Assembly: GCA_963781675.1 (NCBI GenBank)
Contig: CAWAGF010000006.1
Coordinates: 324,045 to 388,044, forward strand
Reading direction: 5' to 3'
DNA from: an uncultured Actinomycetota bacterium
Lineage (GTDB): Bacteria > Actinomycetota > Actinomycetes > Mycobacteriales > SCTD01
Length of the DNA stretch: 64,000 nucleotides
The stretch's first letter is position 1. Each line of letters begins with the position of its first letter. The position numbers and the translations under genes were made by a program. The notes under the pieces are model-generated. The model was not told the DNA's origin. It was given only the letters and a program-made list of their open reading frames with translations, and did not search any database. This document shows, in pieces, positions 1 to 11,218 of this stretch.

Positions 1-995
1 AGCTTGGCGAGCCGGTACTCCCCGCCGGGCGTCCCGTGGCCGGAGAAGCGGTCACCCATGTAGAGCTTGGTGCGCGGGCCCTTCGGCAGCGCGTCCCACA
101 GCCGCAGCGCGGTGTCCTGCTTGACGTTCCAGTCGCCCCAGTTGTGCACGACCATGACGGGGATCGTCAGCCTGGAGGCCTGACGGACGTAGTCGCGCTC
201 GACCCAGAAGGCGTCGTAGTCGGGCGTGAGGTCGTAGCCCTTCTCGGTGTGCTGGACCTCGTCGCAGACGCGCATGGCGTCGGCGACGCGGCCGGCCCAG
301 TCCGGGGACTGCACGTCGGTGGGCGGCGGGACGGCAAGGCCGAAGTCGAACGCGAGCGGGGTGTCGAAGCCCTCGTCGGTCGCCGCGCCCGGTCCCTCGT
401 GCCCGAGGACCTCGTTCGTGTACGTGTAGCGCATCCCGCCGGAGTAGGCGTAGTCGTACCAGCGGCTGATGGCCGCCTCCGGGACGATGGTGGCCAGGCC
501 CTTCGGCTTCGTGATCGCCGCGCCGGTGGCCGTCGTGCCGTCGTACGAGCCGCCGGTCATGCCGATCCGGCCGCGCGACCAGGGCTGGCGCGCGACCCAC
601 TCGACGACGTCGTGCGCCGACTCCTTCTCGCGGGTGCCGCCGTAGTCGTAGCAGCCGCCGGAGTTCCCGGTGCCGACCACGTCGGCGTACATCCGCGCGT
701 AGCCGCGCGGGACGTAGTCGTCCGCGTCCCCGTTGCGGCCGAGGACGGAGTAGGGCGAGACCGTCAGGATGCCGTGGGCGGGCAGCACCTTCCCGGCGAA
801 GGTCGGGTGGACGACCTCCAGGTAGATCGGGCCGTGCCGGGTCGGCACGACGTACGAGCGGGTCTGCTCGCCGTCGACCTGCTGCAGCTGGGCCGGCTCC
901 GGCAGGCTGCTCTGCGCGGGGGCCGCGGTGGCGGGCACCGCGAGGGCGGCGCCGAGCAGCGCAGCGGCGGCGACCAGGGCGGGGCGGGTGCGCAT
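1..995 (-). CDS. Secreted Xaa-Pro dipeptidyl-peptidase / CocE-NonD family hydrolase (peptidase S15); C-terminal part lies outside the window
   Basis: My own translation of the minus strand from ATG at 995. It is absent from the ORF track because no stop falls inside the window. It has a signal peptide (MRTRPALVAAAALLGAALAVPATAAPAQ), the nucleophile elbow GRIGMTGGSYDG, and VMVVHNWGDWNVK. The frame is open without interruption to base 1. Confidence 0.75.
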   Translation of the reverse strand, partial: MRTRPALVAAAALLGAALAVPATAAPAQSSLPEPAQLQQVDGEQTRSYVVPTRHGPIYLEVVHPTFAGKVLPAHGILTVSPYSVLGRNGDADDYVPRGYARMYADVVGTGNSGGCYDYGGTREKESAHDVVEWVARQPWSRGRIGMTGGSYDGTTATGAAITKPKGLATIVPEAAISRWYDYAYSGGMRYTYTNEVLGHEGPGAATDEGFDTPLAFDFGLAVPPPTDVQSPDWAGRVADAMRVCDEVQHTEKGYDLTPDYDAFWVERDYVRQASRLTIPVMVVHNWGDWNVKQDTALRLWDALPKGPRTKLYMGDRFSGHGTPGGEYRLAK

Positions 996-1126
996 GCAGC
1001 CCCCTTCGACCTCGGCGCGCCGGCTCCTGCCGCCGGACGATCTCGACGTGCCGTTCTGCGTCGTTCCGGGTGTCTGTCGCGTGCCGTGCCGATACCGTCC
1101 GGGCACGCCCCTCCGGAAGGTCCTCC

Positions 1127-2503
1127 ATGCGCCGCCGCACCACCCCCGCACTGACCCTGCTCGCGGCGCTCGCCGTGCTCGTGCCCGTCCTGCCGGTCGT
1201 GGCCGAGGCGCAGGAGGCCACCCCCGCGGCCAGCCCGAGCCCGGTCGTGGCCGCCGAGCCCAGCCCGACGGCCAGCCCCGCCGCCAGCCCCGTCGCGACT
1301 CCGGCCCCCGCCGTCAGCGACACCGCGACCGCCACCCTCGCCCTGAGCGCCTCCGCGGCCACCGTCGCCGCCGGCCGCCCGGTCGTCCTCACCGTGCGGG
1401 CCGCCCGCAGCGGCGCGCCGCTGGTGGCCGAGCCGGTCGACGTGCTCTCCCGCACCGGTGGCACCACCAGCCAGGTCCGGGTCGGCCGCGTCACGACCGA
1501 CGGCTCCGGCCTCGCGACGCTGAGCTGGACCCCGCGGGTGACCGCGGAGTACGTCCTGCGGCTGCCGAGCGGCGCCACGGCCACCAGCGAGCGCCGCGTC
1601 GTGCGGGTCCAGCCGCGGCTGTCGGCCGCCGCGCTGCCGGCCACCGTCGGCCTCGGCGGCACCTCCGTCGTCCGCGGCACCCTCACGCCCGCCTACGCCG
1701 GCGCCCGCCTGCAGGTGCAGCGGCGCCTGCCGGACGGCACCTGGCGGGGCGTCGCCGTCATCGCGACGAGCGCCACCGGTGCGTACTCCTGGTCGGTGAA
1801 GCCGGGCATCCCGGCCCGCTACGTCTTCCGGACCGTCCTGCCGGCCCAGCCGGCCCACCTCGGAGCGGCCAGCCCGGCCACCGCCGTCCAGGTGCTGGCG
1901 CTGCCGGCGTCCGGCCTGCGCCAAGGGGCGAGCGGCCCGGCGGTCTCCGCCCTCGAGCGGCTGCTGCTCGCGCAGAAGGCCGACGTCGGCCGGCTCGACG
2001 GCGTCTTCGACGCCGACCTGCGGCACGCCCTGACCGCCTTCCAGAAGTCCCAGGGCCTGCCGCGCACCGGGGTGTACGACGCGACGACCCGCGCCCGGCT
2101 CTCCAGCCCGCTGCCCGTCCGGCTGCGCTACCCCGCACCCGGCCGCGCCGTCGAGGTCGACCTGGTCAAGCAGGTGCTCTACCTGTCCGAGGCCGGCCGG
2201 CTGGCCCGCATCGTCGACATCTCCAGCGGCAACGACCAGCCGTACACCTCCCAGGGCGTCGACTACCGGGCGTTCACGCCCACCGGCCGCTTCCGGATCG
2301 AGCGCAAGATCGACGGCATCCGGGTGAGCCACCTCGGCGAGCTCTACCGGCCGGCGTACTTCTTCCGCGGCTGGGCGGTCCACGGCAGCCCGAGCGTGCC
2401 GGCCTACCCCGCCAGCCACGGCTGCATCCGGGTGACCAACAGCGCGCAGGACCGGCTCTTCCCGCTGCTCACCGTCGGGACGCCGGTCAGCATCTACCGC
2501 TAG
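1127..2503 (+). CDS. Secreted L,D-transpeptidase (YkuD domain) with a peptidoglycan-binding domain
   Basis: ORF 1070..2503, with the start moved to ATG 1127 (MRRRTTPALTLLAALAVL signal, ggaagg RBS upstream). PG-binding-like segment GPAVSALERLLLAQKADVGRLDGVFDADLRHALTAFQKSQGLPRTGVYD. YkuD catalytic region WAVHGSPSVPAYPASHGCIRV. Confidence 0.8.
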   Translation: MRRRTTPALTLLAALAVLVPVLPVVAEAQEATPAASPSPVVAAEPSPTASPAASPVATPAPAVSDTATATLALSASAATVAAGRPVVLTVRAARSGAPLVAEPVDVLSRTGGTTSQVRVGRVTTDGSGLATLSWTPRVTAEYVLRLPSGATATSERRVVRVQPRLSAAALPATVGLGGTSVVRGTLTPAYAGARLQVQRRLPDGTWRGVAVIATSATGAYSWSVKPGIPARYVFRTVLPAQPAHLGAASPATAVQVLALPASGLRQGASGPAVSALERLLLAQKADVGRLDGVFDADLRHALTAFQKSQGLPRTGVYDATTRARLSSPLPVRLRYPAPGRAVEVDLVKQVLYLSEAGRLARIVDISSGNDQPYTSQGVDYRAFTPTGRFRIERKIDGIRVSHLGELYRPAYFFRGWAVHGSPSVPAYPASHGCIRVTNSAQDRLFPLLTVGTPVSIYR

Positions 2504-2913
2504 CTGTCGCTGGTGAGCAGCCGCTCGAGCAGGGCGTCCACCGCGTCGTCCACGTCGTAAGGCGTCGCGGCGTCGGTGCGGTCCAGGAAGTCGCGCGCGA
2601 GCTCCCGCGGGACGCTGACGCAGGCGGCCCGTCCGGGGCGGGCCAGCTCGAACCAGACCCGGTCCCGCAGCTCGTCCGGGCGGATCCGGACCTCGCCGTC
2701 GCCGGTCGGCTCGGACAGCCCGTAGCGCAGGAAGTCGCGCAGCACGACCCACCGCCCGCGGGGGAGGGCCGGGTGGTCCGGCTGCGCGGTGAGGACGAGC
2801 TGGACGGCCAGCGGGTCGGTCGGCTCCCAGAGCAGCTGGAGCACCGTGCGGCGGCCGCGACCGGTCTGCCCGTCGTCGGAGATGACGACCTCGGCAGTGA
2901 TCGGCGACGGCAC
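2500..2913 (-). CDS. ssgB: SsgA/SsgB-family (SALP) cell-division/sporulation protein
   Basis: This is the tail of the shadow ORF 2500..4707, with a GTG start at 2913 (137 aa). It aligns by eye to Streptomyces SsgB: TDPLAVQLVL, WVVLRDFLRYGLSEPTGDGEVRIRPD, ARDFLDRTDAATP. Confidence 0.75.
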   Translation of the reverse strand: MPSPITAEVVISDDGQTGRGRRTVLQLLWEPTDPLAVQLVLTAQPDHPALPRGRWVVLRDFLRYGLSEPTGDGEVRIRPDELRDRVWFELARPGRAACVSVPRELARDFLDRTDAATPYDVDDAVDALLERLLTSDS

Positions 2914-2979
2914 CCGACCAGGGTGGCAGCCGCGCTCCGCAGGGGCGACCCGGGGGTGCCGCGGACGTAGGCTGGAGGC

Positions 2980-5029
2980 GTGGCAGACCCGTCGTCGTAC
3001 CGTCCGGCGGCGGGGACGATCCCGACGTCGGCGGGGGTCTACAAGTTCCGCGACGCGACGGGTCGTGTGGTCTACGTCGGCAAGGCGAAGTCCTTGCGCA
3101 GCAGGCTGAACAGCTACTTCGCCGACCTGTCGGCACTGCATCCGCGGACGCGCCAGATGGTGACCACGGCCGCGTCCGTCGAGTGGACCGTGGTGCAGAC
3201 CGAGGTCGAGGCGCTCCAGCTGGAGTACTCCTGGATCAAGGAGTTCGACCCGCGCTTCAACGTCAAGTACCGCGACGACAAGAGCTACCCCTCGCTGGCC
3301 GTCACGCTGCACGAGGACTTCCCCCGGCTGCAGGTCATGCGCGGGCCCAAGAAGAAGGGCGTCCGCTACTTCGGGCCGTACGCCCACGCCTGGGCGATCC
3401 GGGAGACGCTCGACCTGCTGCTGCGCGTCTTCCCGGCCCGCACCTGCTCCAACGGCGTCTTCAAGCGGGCCGAGCAGGTCGGCCGGCCGTGCCTGCTCGG
3501 CTACATCGACAAGTGCTCGGCGCCCTGCGTCGGCAAGGTCGACCAGCAGACCCACCGCGAGATCGTCGCCGACTTCTGCGACTTCATGGCCGGCCAGTCC
3601 GGCCGCTTCGTCAAGCGGCTCGAGAAGGAGATGGCCGAGGCCGCGCAGGCGATGGACTACGAGCGGGCCGCCCGGCTGCGCGACGACATCGGCGCCCTCA
3701 CCCGGGCGACCGAGAAGCAGGCCGTCGTGCTCGCCGACGGCACCGACGCCGACGTGGTGGCCGTGGCCGAGGACCAGCTCGAGGCCGCGGTGCAGGTCTT
3801 CCACGTGCGCGGCGGCCGCGTCCGCGGGCAGCGGGGCTTCGTCGTCGACAAGGTCGAGGAGCTGACGACGGGCGAGCTGGTCGGGCAGTTCCTCGCCCAG
3901 GCGTACGGCGAGGAGCCCGACGTCGAGGAGGTCGCGATCGACCGCCGGATGGCGCCGGGCGCCGGGGTGCGGCTGCGCAAGGACAACGACGACGTCCCGC
4001 GCGAGGTCCTCGTCCCGGCGCTGCCGCCGGACCTCGACGTCCTGCAGTCCTGGCTGTGCGACCTGCGCGGCACGAACGTGCAGATCCGCGTCCCGCAGCG
4101 CGGCGACAAGCGGGCGCTGCTGGAGACGGTCGAGCGCAACGCCAAGCAGGCCTTCGCGCTGCACAAGACCAAGCGGGCCAGCGACCTCACCGCCAGGTCG
4201 CTGGCGCTGTCCGAGCTGCAGGAGGCCCTCGACCTGGCCGAGGCGCCGCTGCGCATCGAGTGCTTCGACGTCAGCCACGTCCAGGGCACCAACGTCGTCG
4301 CCTCGATGGTCGTCTTCGAGGACGGGCTGGCCCGCAAGAGCGAGTACCGCCGCTTCGCCGTCCGCGGGCACGACGGCGTCGACGACACCGCCTCCATGCG
4401 CGAGGTCGTCCGACGGCGCTTCGCGCGCTACCTCGACGAGCGGGTGGAGACCTCGCAGCTCGACGTCGCGGACGAGCACGTGGACCCGACCGTGCGAGGC
4501 GGCATCGACCCGGAGACCGGCCGGCCGCGGAAGTTCGCCTACCCGCCGCAGCTCGTCGTCGTCGACGGCGGCCAGCCGCAGGTCGCTGCTGCGCAGGCAG
4601 CCCTCGACGAGCTCGGCATCGACGACGTCGCCCTCGTCGGGCTGGCCAAGCGGCTGGAGGAGGTGTGGGTCGCCCGGCCAGGAGGACCCGGTCATCCTGC
4701 CGCGCACCAGCGAGGGGCTCTACCTGCTCCAGCGCGTGCGCGACGAGGCGCACCGCTTCGCGATCGCCTACCACCGGCAGAAGCGGTCCAAGGCGATGAC
4801 CAGCTCGGCGCTGGACGGCATCGCGGGGCTGGGGGAGACGCGCCGCAAGGCGCTGCTGCGACACTTCGGCTCGCTCAAGCGGCTCAAGGCCGCGACGGTC
4901 GACGAGGTGATGGAGGTGCCGGGCATCGGACGGCGCACCGCAGAGGCGGTCCTGGCAGCAGTGGCGGCACCCGTGGCGGAGCAGGCCGCGCCGGCCTTCG
5001 ACCCGGTGACCGGCGAGGTGGTGGCGTGA
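2980..5029 (+). pseudogene. uvrC: Excinuclease ABC subunit C (UvrC), frame-disrupted by one extra base at 4672 (probably a sequence error)
   Basis: The N-terminal 564 aa are in frame 1 (GIY-YIG: [29 protein letters not shown]). The C-terminus is in frame 2 (ORF 4736..5029: [18 protein letters not shown] plus the HhH region). Removing g4672 restores [34 protein letters not shown], and the corrected length of 2049 nt is 683 codons. Confidence 0.9.
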
Positions 5030-5901
5030 CCGCCCCGTCGCCGCTGCAGCTCGTCGTCGTCACCGGCCTGTCCGGCGCCGGCCGCTCCACCGCGGCCAAG
5101 TGCCTGGAGGACCTCGGCTGGTTCGTCGTCGACAACCTGCCGCCGTCGCTGCTGCCCACGATGGTCGACCTCGGCTCCCGGTCGCAGGGCGCCGTGGGCC
5201 GCATCGCCGTCGTCGTCGACGTCCGCTCCCGCGCGTTCTCCTCCGACCTGCGCACCGCCCTCGACGAGATCGAGAAGCGCGGCGTGCACCCCCGGGTGCT
5301 CTTCCTGGAGGCCGGCGACGAGGCGCTGGTGCGCCGCTTCGAGAGCGTCCGCCGGCCGCACCCGCTCCAGGGCGAGGGCCGGCTGGTCGACGGCATCGTC
5401 CGCGAGCGCGGCCTGCTGCGCGACCTGCGCGGCTCGGCCGACCTGGTCCTGGACACCAGCGTGCTGAACGTCCACGAGCTGCGCGGGAAGGTCGCCGCCG
5501 CCTTCGGCGACCCGGCCGACGAGTCGCGCCTGCACCTGACCGTCCTGTCGTTCGGCTTCAAGTACGGCCTGCCCGTCGACGCCGACCTCGTCGCCGACGT
5601 CCGCTTCCTGCCGAACCCGCACTGGGTCCCGGACCTGCGCCCGCACACCGGCAAGGACGCCGCCGTGCGCGACTACGTGCTGGCGCAGGACGGCGCGACC
5701 GAGTTCCTCGACCGGTACGAAGGGCTGCTGCGCCTGGTGTTCGGCGGCTACGAGCGCGAGGGCAAGCGGTACGCCCTGGTGGCGGTCGGCTGCACGGGCG
5801 GCAAGCACCGCAGCGTCGCCATGAGCGAGCAGCTCGCCGGCCGGCTGGCCGGCGAGGGCGTCGACCTGCAGGTCGTGCACCGCGACCTGGGGCGCGAGTG
5901 A
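5026..5901 (+). CDS. rapZ: RNase adapter protein RapZ (P-loop ATPase)
   Basis: GTG 5026 overlaps the uvrC stop (GTGA). Walker [24 protein letters not shown]-terminal motif [15 protein letters not shown]. It occupies the tail of ORF 2980..5901. Confidence 0.9.
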   Translation: MTAPSPLQLVVVTGLSGAGRSTAAKCLEDLGWFVVDNLPPSLLPTMVDLGSRSQGAVGRIAVVVDVRSRAFSSDLRTALDEIEKRGVHPRVLFLEAGDEALVRRFESVRRPHPLQGEGRLVDGIVRERGLLRDLRGSADLVLDTSVLNVHELRGKVAAAFGDPADESRLHLTVLSFGFKYGLPVDADLVADVRFLPNPHWVPDLRPHTGKDAAVRDYVLAQDGATEFLDRYEGLLRLVFGGYEREGKRYALVAVGCTGGKHRSVAMSEQLAGRLAGEGVDLQVVHRDLGRE

Positions 5902-5929
5902 GCGCGGCCCCGAGCCGGCAGGTGTCCTG

Positions 5930-6965
5930 GTGAGCCGGCACGCCGCGGGCGCCGGCCGCCACGCCGCCGGCTCGGTCGTCCCCGCGGACGGGCCGCGCGT
6001 CGTCGCGCTGGGCGGCGGGCACGGGCTGTCCGCGATGCTCCAGGCGCTGCGCCAGGTGACCCCGAACCTCACCGCCGTCGTCACGGTCGCCGACGACGGC
6101 GGCTCGAGCGGCCGGCTGCGCACCGAGCTCGGCGTCCTGCCGCCCGGCGACCTGCGGATGGCGCTCGCCGCGCTGGCCGGCGACGACGAGTGGGGCCGCA
6201 CCTGGGAGCAGCTCCTCCAGCACCGCTTCGGCGGCGACGGGCCGCTGGCCGGGCACGCCGTCGGCAACCTCGTCCTGGCCGGGCTGATCGAGTCGACCGG
6301 CGACCAGGTGGCCGCCCTCGACCTCACCGGCCGGCTGGTCGGTGCGGTGGGCCGGGTGCTGCCGATGAGCTGCGCCCCGCTGGAGATCGTCGCGCAGGTG
6401 CTCGGCCTGGACCCGGACGACCCCGGCCGGCCCACCGAGGTGGTCGGCCAGGTCGCCGTCGCCACGACCGCGGGCACCGTCGCGGCGCGTCCACCTGCGC
6501 CCCGCGGAGCCGGCCGCCTGCGAGGAGGCGGTGCAGGCCGTCCTCGATGCCGACTGGGTCGTCCTCGGGCCGGGGTCGTGGTTCACCAGCGTCCTGCCGC
6601 ACCTGCTCGTGCCCGGGCTGCGCGACGCGCTGGTCCGCACCTCCGCCCGCCGCCTGGTGTGCCTCAACCTCGCCCCGCAGACCGGCGAGACCGACGGCTT
6701 CTCGCCCGAGGCCCACCTCGAGGTGCTGGCCGGCCACGCGCCCGACCTCGCGGTCGACGTGGTTCTCGCGGACGCCCGCGCCAGCGGCGACGCGCATGGT
6801 CTGATGGCCAGCGTCGGCGCGTCGGGCGGGCAGCTGGTCCTCGCCCCCGTCGCCCACGACGACGGGACCCCGCGGCACGACCCCGACCGGCTGGCCGAGG
6901 CCCTCGCCGGAGTCCTGATCCAGACAGCGCACAGCAGCACCCCGGAGGCACGTGCATGGCGATGA
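5930..6965 (+). pseudogene. yvcK: YvcK / gluconeogenesis factor (CofD-like family), frame-disrupted at about 6482
   Basis: N-terminal part [18 protein letters not shown]...[17 protein letters not shown] is in frame 2. The C-terminal half is ORF 6531..6965 ([27 protein letters not shown]) in frame 0. Removing one base gives [23 protein letters not shown]. Corrected length is 1035 nt. Confidence 0.85.
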
Positions 6966-7942
6966 CGGCAGCGGTCAAGGACGAGCTCTCCCGGCTCACC
7001 GTCACCCGCCCGTGCTGCCGCAAGGCGGAGATCTCCTCCCTGCTGCGCTTCGCCGGGGGGCTGCACCTCGTCGCGGGCAAGATCGTCGTGGAGGCCGAGC
7101 TGGACACCGGCTCCACCGCGCGGCGCCTGCGCAAGGAGCTCGCCGAGGTCTACGGCCACGCCAGCGACGTGCACGTCGTCGCGGCGGGCGGCCTGCGCAA
7201 GGGCAACCGCTACGTCGTGCGGGTCACCAAGGACGGCGACGGCCTGGCCCGCCAGACCGGCCTGGTCGACGGCCACGGCCGCCCGGTCCGCGGGCTGCCG
7301 CCGCAGGTCGTCAGCGGCGGGACCTGCGACGCGGCCGCGGCCTGGCGCGGGGCGTTCCTGGCGCACGGCTCGCTCACCGAGCCCGGCCGCTCCTGCTCGC
7401 TCGAGATCACCTGCCCCGGCCCGGAGGCCGCGCTCGCCCTCGTCGGCGCGGCCCGCCGGCTCGGCGTCGCCGCCAAGGCCCGCGAGGTGCGCGGCGTCGA
7501 CCGCGTCGTCGTCCGCGACGGCGACGCCATCAGCGTGCTGCTGACCCGGCTCGGCGCCCACGAGGCCGTCCTGGCCTGGGAGGACCGCCGGATGCGCCGC
7601 GAGGTGCGGGCGACCGCGAACCGGCTGGCCAACTTCGACGACGCCAACCTGCGCCGCTCGGCCCGTGCCGCCGTGGCCGCCGGGGCCCGCGTCGAGCGCG
7701 CGCTGCAGATCCTCGGCGACGACGCCCCCGAGCACCTGCTGGTCGCCGGGCGGCTGCGCCGCGAGCACGCCAACGCCTCCCTGGAGGAGCTCGGCGCGCT
7801 GGCCGACCCGCCGATGACCAAGGACGCCGTCGCGGGCCGGATCCGCCGGCTGCTTGCCATGGCCGACAAGCGCGCCTCCGACCTCGGCATCCCGGACACC
7901 GAGTCGAGCGTGACCCCGGAGATGCTCGCCGACTCGCCGTAG
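6956..7942 (+). CDS. whiA: DNA-binding sporulation/cell-division regulator WhiA
   Basis: [37 protein letters not shown], with a C-terminal HTH ([24 protein letters not shown]). The gene sits in the conserved position after rapZ-yvcK. Confidence 0.92.
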   Translation: MAMTAAVKDELSRLTVTRPCCRKAEISSLLRFAGGLHLVAGKIVVEAELDTGSTARRLRKELAEVYGHASDVHVVAAGGLRKGNRYVVRVTKDGDGLARQTGLVDGHGRPVRGLPPQVVSGGTCDAAAAWRGAFLAHGSLTEPGRSCSLEITCPGPEAALALVGAARRLGVAAKAREVRGVDRVVVRDGDAISVLLTRLGAHEAVLAWEDRRMRREVRATANRLANFDDANLRRSARAAVAAGARVERALQILGDDAPEHLLVAGRLRREHANASLEELGALADPPMTKDAVAGRIRRLLAMADKRASDLGIPDTESSVTPEMLADSP

Positions 7943-8021
7943 CCGTGATCAACGCCGCGTTCCCGCACTCCTGGAGGCCGCGGAAGGTGCGGAAGCCTGG
8001 CATTGATCATGTGGGGCGGCC

Positions 8022-8939
8022 GTGAGCGAGGCGGCCCGCGCGGCGCGCCTGGGCCGGCACCCGTCCGAGCCGCCGACGATCGCGCTCGCCGGCGACGTCG
8101 ACCCCGCGCCGCTGCGCGCCGCCGGCTGGCGGCTGCGGGGCGTGCTCAGCACCGACCCGTACCTCGACCGGCTCGACGCCGCCCAGTACGTCGAGCCTGC
8201 GGAGGTGCTGGCCGACCCGCTGCTGGACGCCGTCGCGGTGGACGGCGCGGACCGCGACCTCGCCGCGCTGCTGCCCGAGCTGCGGGGGAGCGGTCTGCTG
8301 CTGCTCCTGCCGACCGCCGCGCCGCTCGATCCGGACGCCGTCCGCGCCGCCCGCGCGGTGCGGGACGCCGCCGACGCCGCGGTCGGGCTGGTCGCGCGCT
8401 GGGAGCCGTGGGCGCAGGTCGTGGCCGCCGCGCTGCCGCTGGGTGGCGCCCCGCCCGTCCAGGTGACCGTCCGAGGCTGGCCCCGCGGGAGGCAGGCCGC
8501 CGCGGAGCTGGTCGACCTCGCCGCCTCCTGGTGCGGGGAGGTCGCCGCCGTCGTCGCCGCCCCCGCGCCGCTGCCCGCGGACGCGCTCCCCGGCGGGGAG
8601 GCGGTGTCCTGGGCGCTGCTCACCGGCAGCGGCGCGACCGTCCTGGTCAGCCACGACGGGCCGGCCCCGCTCGTCCGGCTGTCCTTCCCGACCGCGCGGC
8701 TCGAGGCCGGCCCGGGAGCGGTCCGCTGGGAGGGCGGGGCCGAGCTGCCGCTGCCGCGCGACGTCCGGCCCGGCCTCGAGCTGACGGCCGCCGCCCTGGC
8801 CGCGGCGACCGGCGGGCGCGACGTCGACGCGCAGACCTGGCCGTGGCCGGCCGACCTCGGCGACCTGCTCGTCGTGGCGCGCGTCCTGGAGGCCCTGCGC
8901 ACCAGCGCCCGGACCGAGCAGCTCGTGCCGGTGGCCTGA
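8022..8939 (+). CDS. Hypothetical protein (Ala/Leu/Pro-rich, no motif recognised)
   Basis: ORF 8022..8939 has strong GC3 bias and fills the whiA-gap interval on the same strand. I recognised no catalytic motif. Confidence 0.5.
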   Translation: MSEAARAARLGRHPSEPPTIALAGDVDPAPLRAAGWRLRGVLSTDPYLDRLDAAQYVEPAEVLADPLLDAVAVDGADRDLAALLPELRGSGLLLLLPTAAPLDPDAVRAARAVRDAADAAVGLVARWEPWAQVVAAALPLGGAPPVQVTVRGWPRGRQAAAELVDLAASWCGEVAAVVAAPAPLPADALPGGEAVSWALLTGSGATVLVSHDGPAPLVRLSFPTARLEAGPGAVRWEGGAELPLPRDVRPGLELTAAALAAATGGRDVDAQTWPWPADLGDLLVVARVLEALRTSARTEQLVPVA

Positions 8940-8973
8940 CCCGGACGGCGGGGCGCCCCCGCAGGTCCGCTAG

Positions 8974-10031
<1,058 letters not shown>

Positions 10032-10032
<1 letters not shown>

Positions 10033-11217
10033 TGCGGCTCGCGAAGGACCTCGACGTACGAGGCAAGCGGGTCCTGGTCCGCTAGCGACCTGAACGTCCC
10101 CGTCAAGGACGGCGTCGTCGGCGACGACGGCCGCATCCGGGCCAGCGTCCCGCTGCTGCGCGACCTGCTCGACCGCGGCGCGCTGCCGGTCGTGTGCGCG
10201 CACCTCGGCCGGCCCAAGGGCGAGCCCGACCCGGCCAGCAGCCTGGCCCCGGTCGGCGAGCGGCTGCAGGAGCTGCTCGGCGCACCGGTGCGGATGGCGC
10301 AGGACGTCGTGGGGGAGTCGGCCGCCGAGGCCGTCCGCGCCAGAGCGTCGAGGCGGGCCGACCGCGTCGTGCTGCTCGAGAACGTCCGCTGGGCGCCGGG
10401 CGAGACCAGCAAGGACGACGCCGCCCGCGGCGCGTTCGCCGACGCGCTCGCGGCGTTCGCCGACCTCTACGTCGACGACGCGTTCGGCGCGGTGCACCGC
10501 AAGCACGCCAGCGTCTACGACGTCGCCGAGCGGCTGCCGCACGCGGCGGGCCCGCTCGTCGCCGCCGAGGTCGACGTGCTGAAGCGGCTCACCGAGGAGC
10601 CTGCGCGGCCGTACGCCGTCGTGCTCGGCGGCTCCAAGGTCAGCGACAAGCTCAAGGTCATCGAGGCGCTGCTGCCCAAGGTCGACATGCTCCTCGTCGG
10701 CGGCGGCATGTGCTTCACCTTCCTCAAGGCCCAGGGCCACGAGGTCGGCGCGAGCCTGCTCGAGGAGGACCAGCTCGAGACGTGCCGGCGCTTCCTGGAG
10801 ACCGGCAAGGTCGTGCTCCCCGTCGACGTCGTCGCCGCGGAGCGCTTCGCCGCCGACGCCGCCCACGACGTGGTGCCGGTCGACGCGATCCCGAGCGACC
10901 GCATGGGCCTGGACATCGGCCCGCGCAGCGTCGAGGTCTTCCGCGACGCGCTCGCCGGCGCGCAGACCGTCTTCTGGAACGGCCCGATGGGCGTGTTCGA
11001 GATGGCGCCGTACGCCGAGGGCACCCGCGGGGTGGCCGAGGCGGTCGCGTCCCTCGCCGGCGCGCTGACCGTCGTGGGTGGCGGCGACAGCGCTGCGGCC
11101 GTCCGCGCGCTCGGCATCGAGGAGTCCCGCTTCACCCACATCAGCACCGGGGGAGGCGCGAGCCTGGAGTACCTCGAGGGCAAGGCGCTGCCGGGGCTCA
11201 CGATCCTCGAGGACTGA
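10032..11217 (+). pseudogene. pgk: Phosphoglycerate kinase, frame-disrupted by an extra t at 10083 that creates an in-frame TAG
   Basis: GTG 10032 gives [17 protein letters not shown] followed by a stop. Removing t10083 gives [47 protein letters not shown], which continues into ORF 10192..11217. Corrected length is 1185 nt. Confidence 0.9.
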
Positions 11218-11218
11218 C

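Noticed and set aside
2980-5901. The 973-aa ORF read as a single large protein
   Set aside because: It is UvrC residues 1-564, an out-of-frame Arg/Gly-rich read-through caused by the extra base at 4672, and then RapZ. rapZ has its own GTG at 5026, overlapping the real uvrC stop.
5930-7942. The 670-aa ORF read as a YvcK-WhiA fusion
   Set aside because: The middle roughly 160 aa are Arg/Pro-rich nonsense. The true YvcK C-terminus is in ORF 6531..6965, and WhiA starts at its usual [11 protein letters not shown] (6956).
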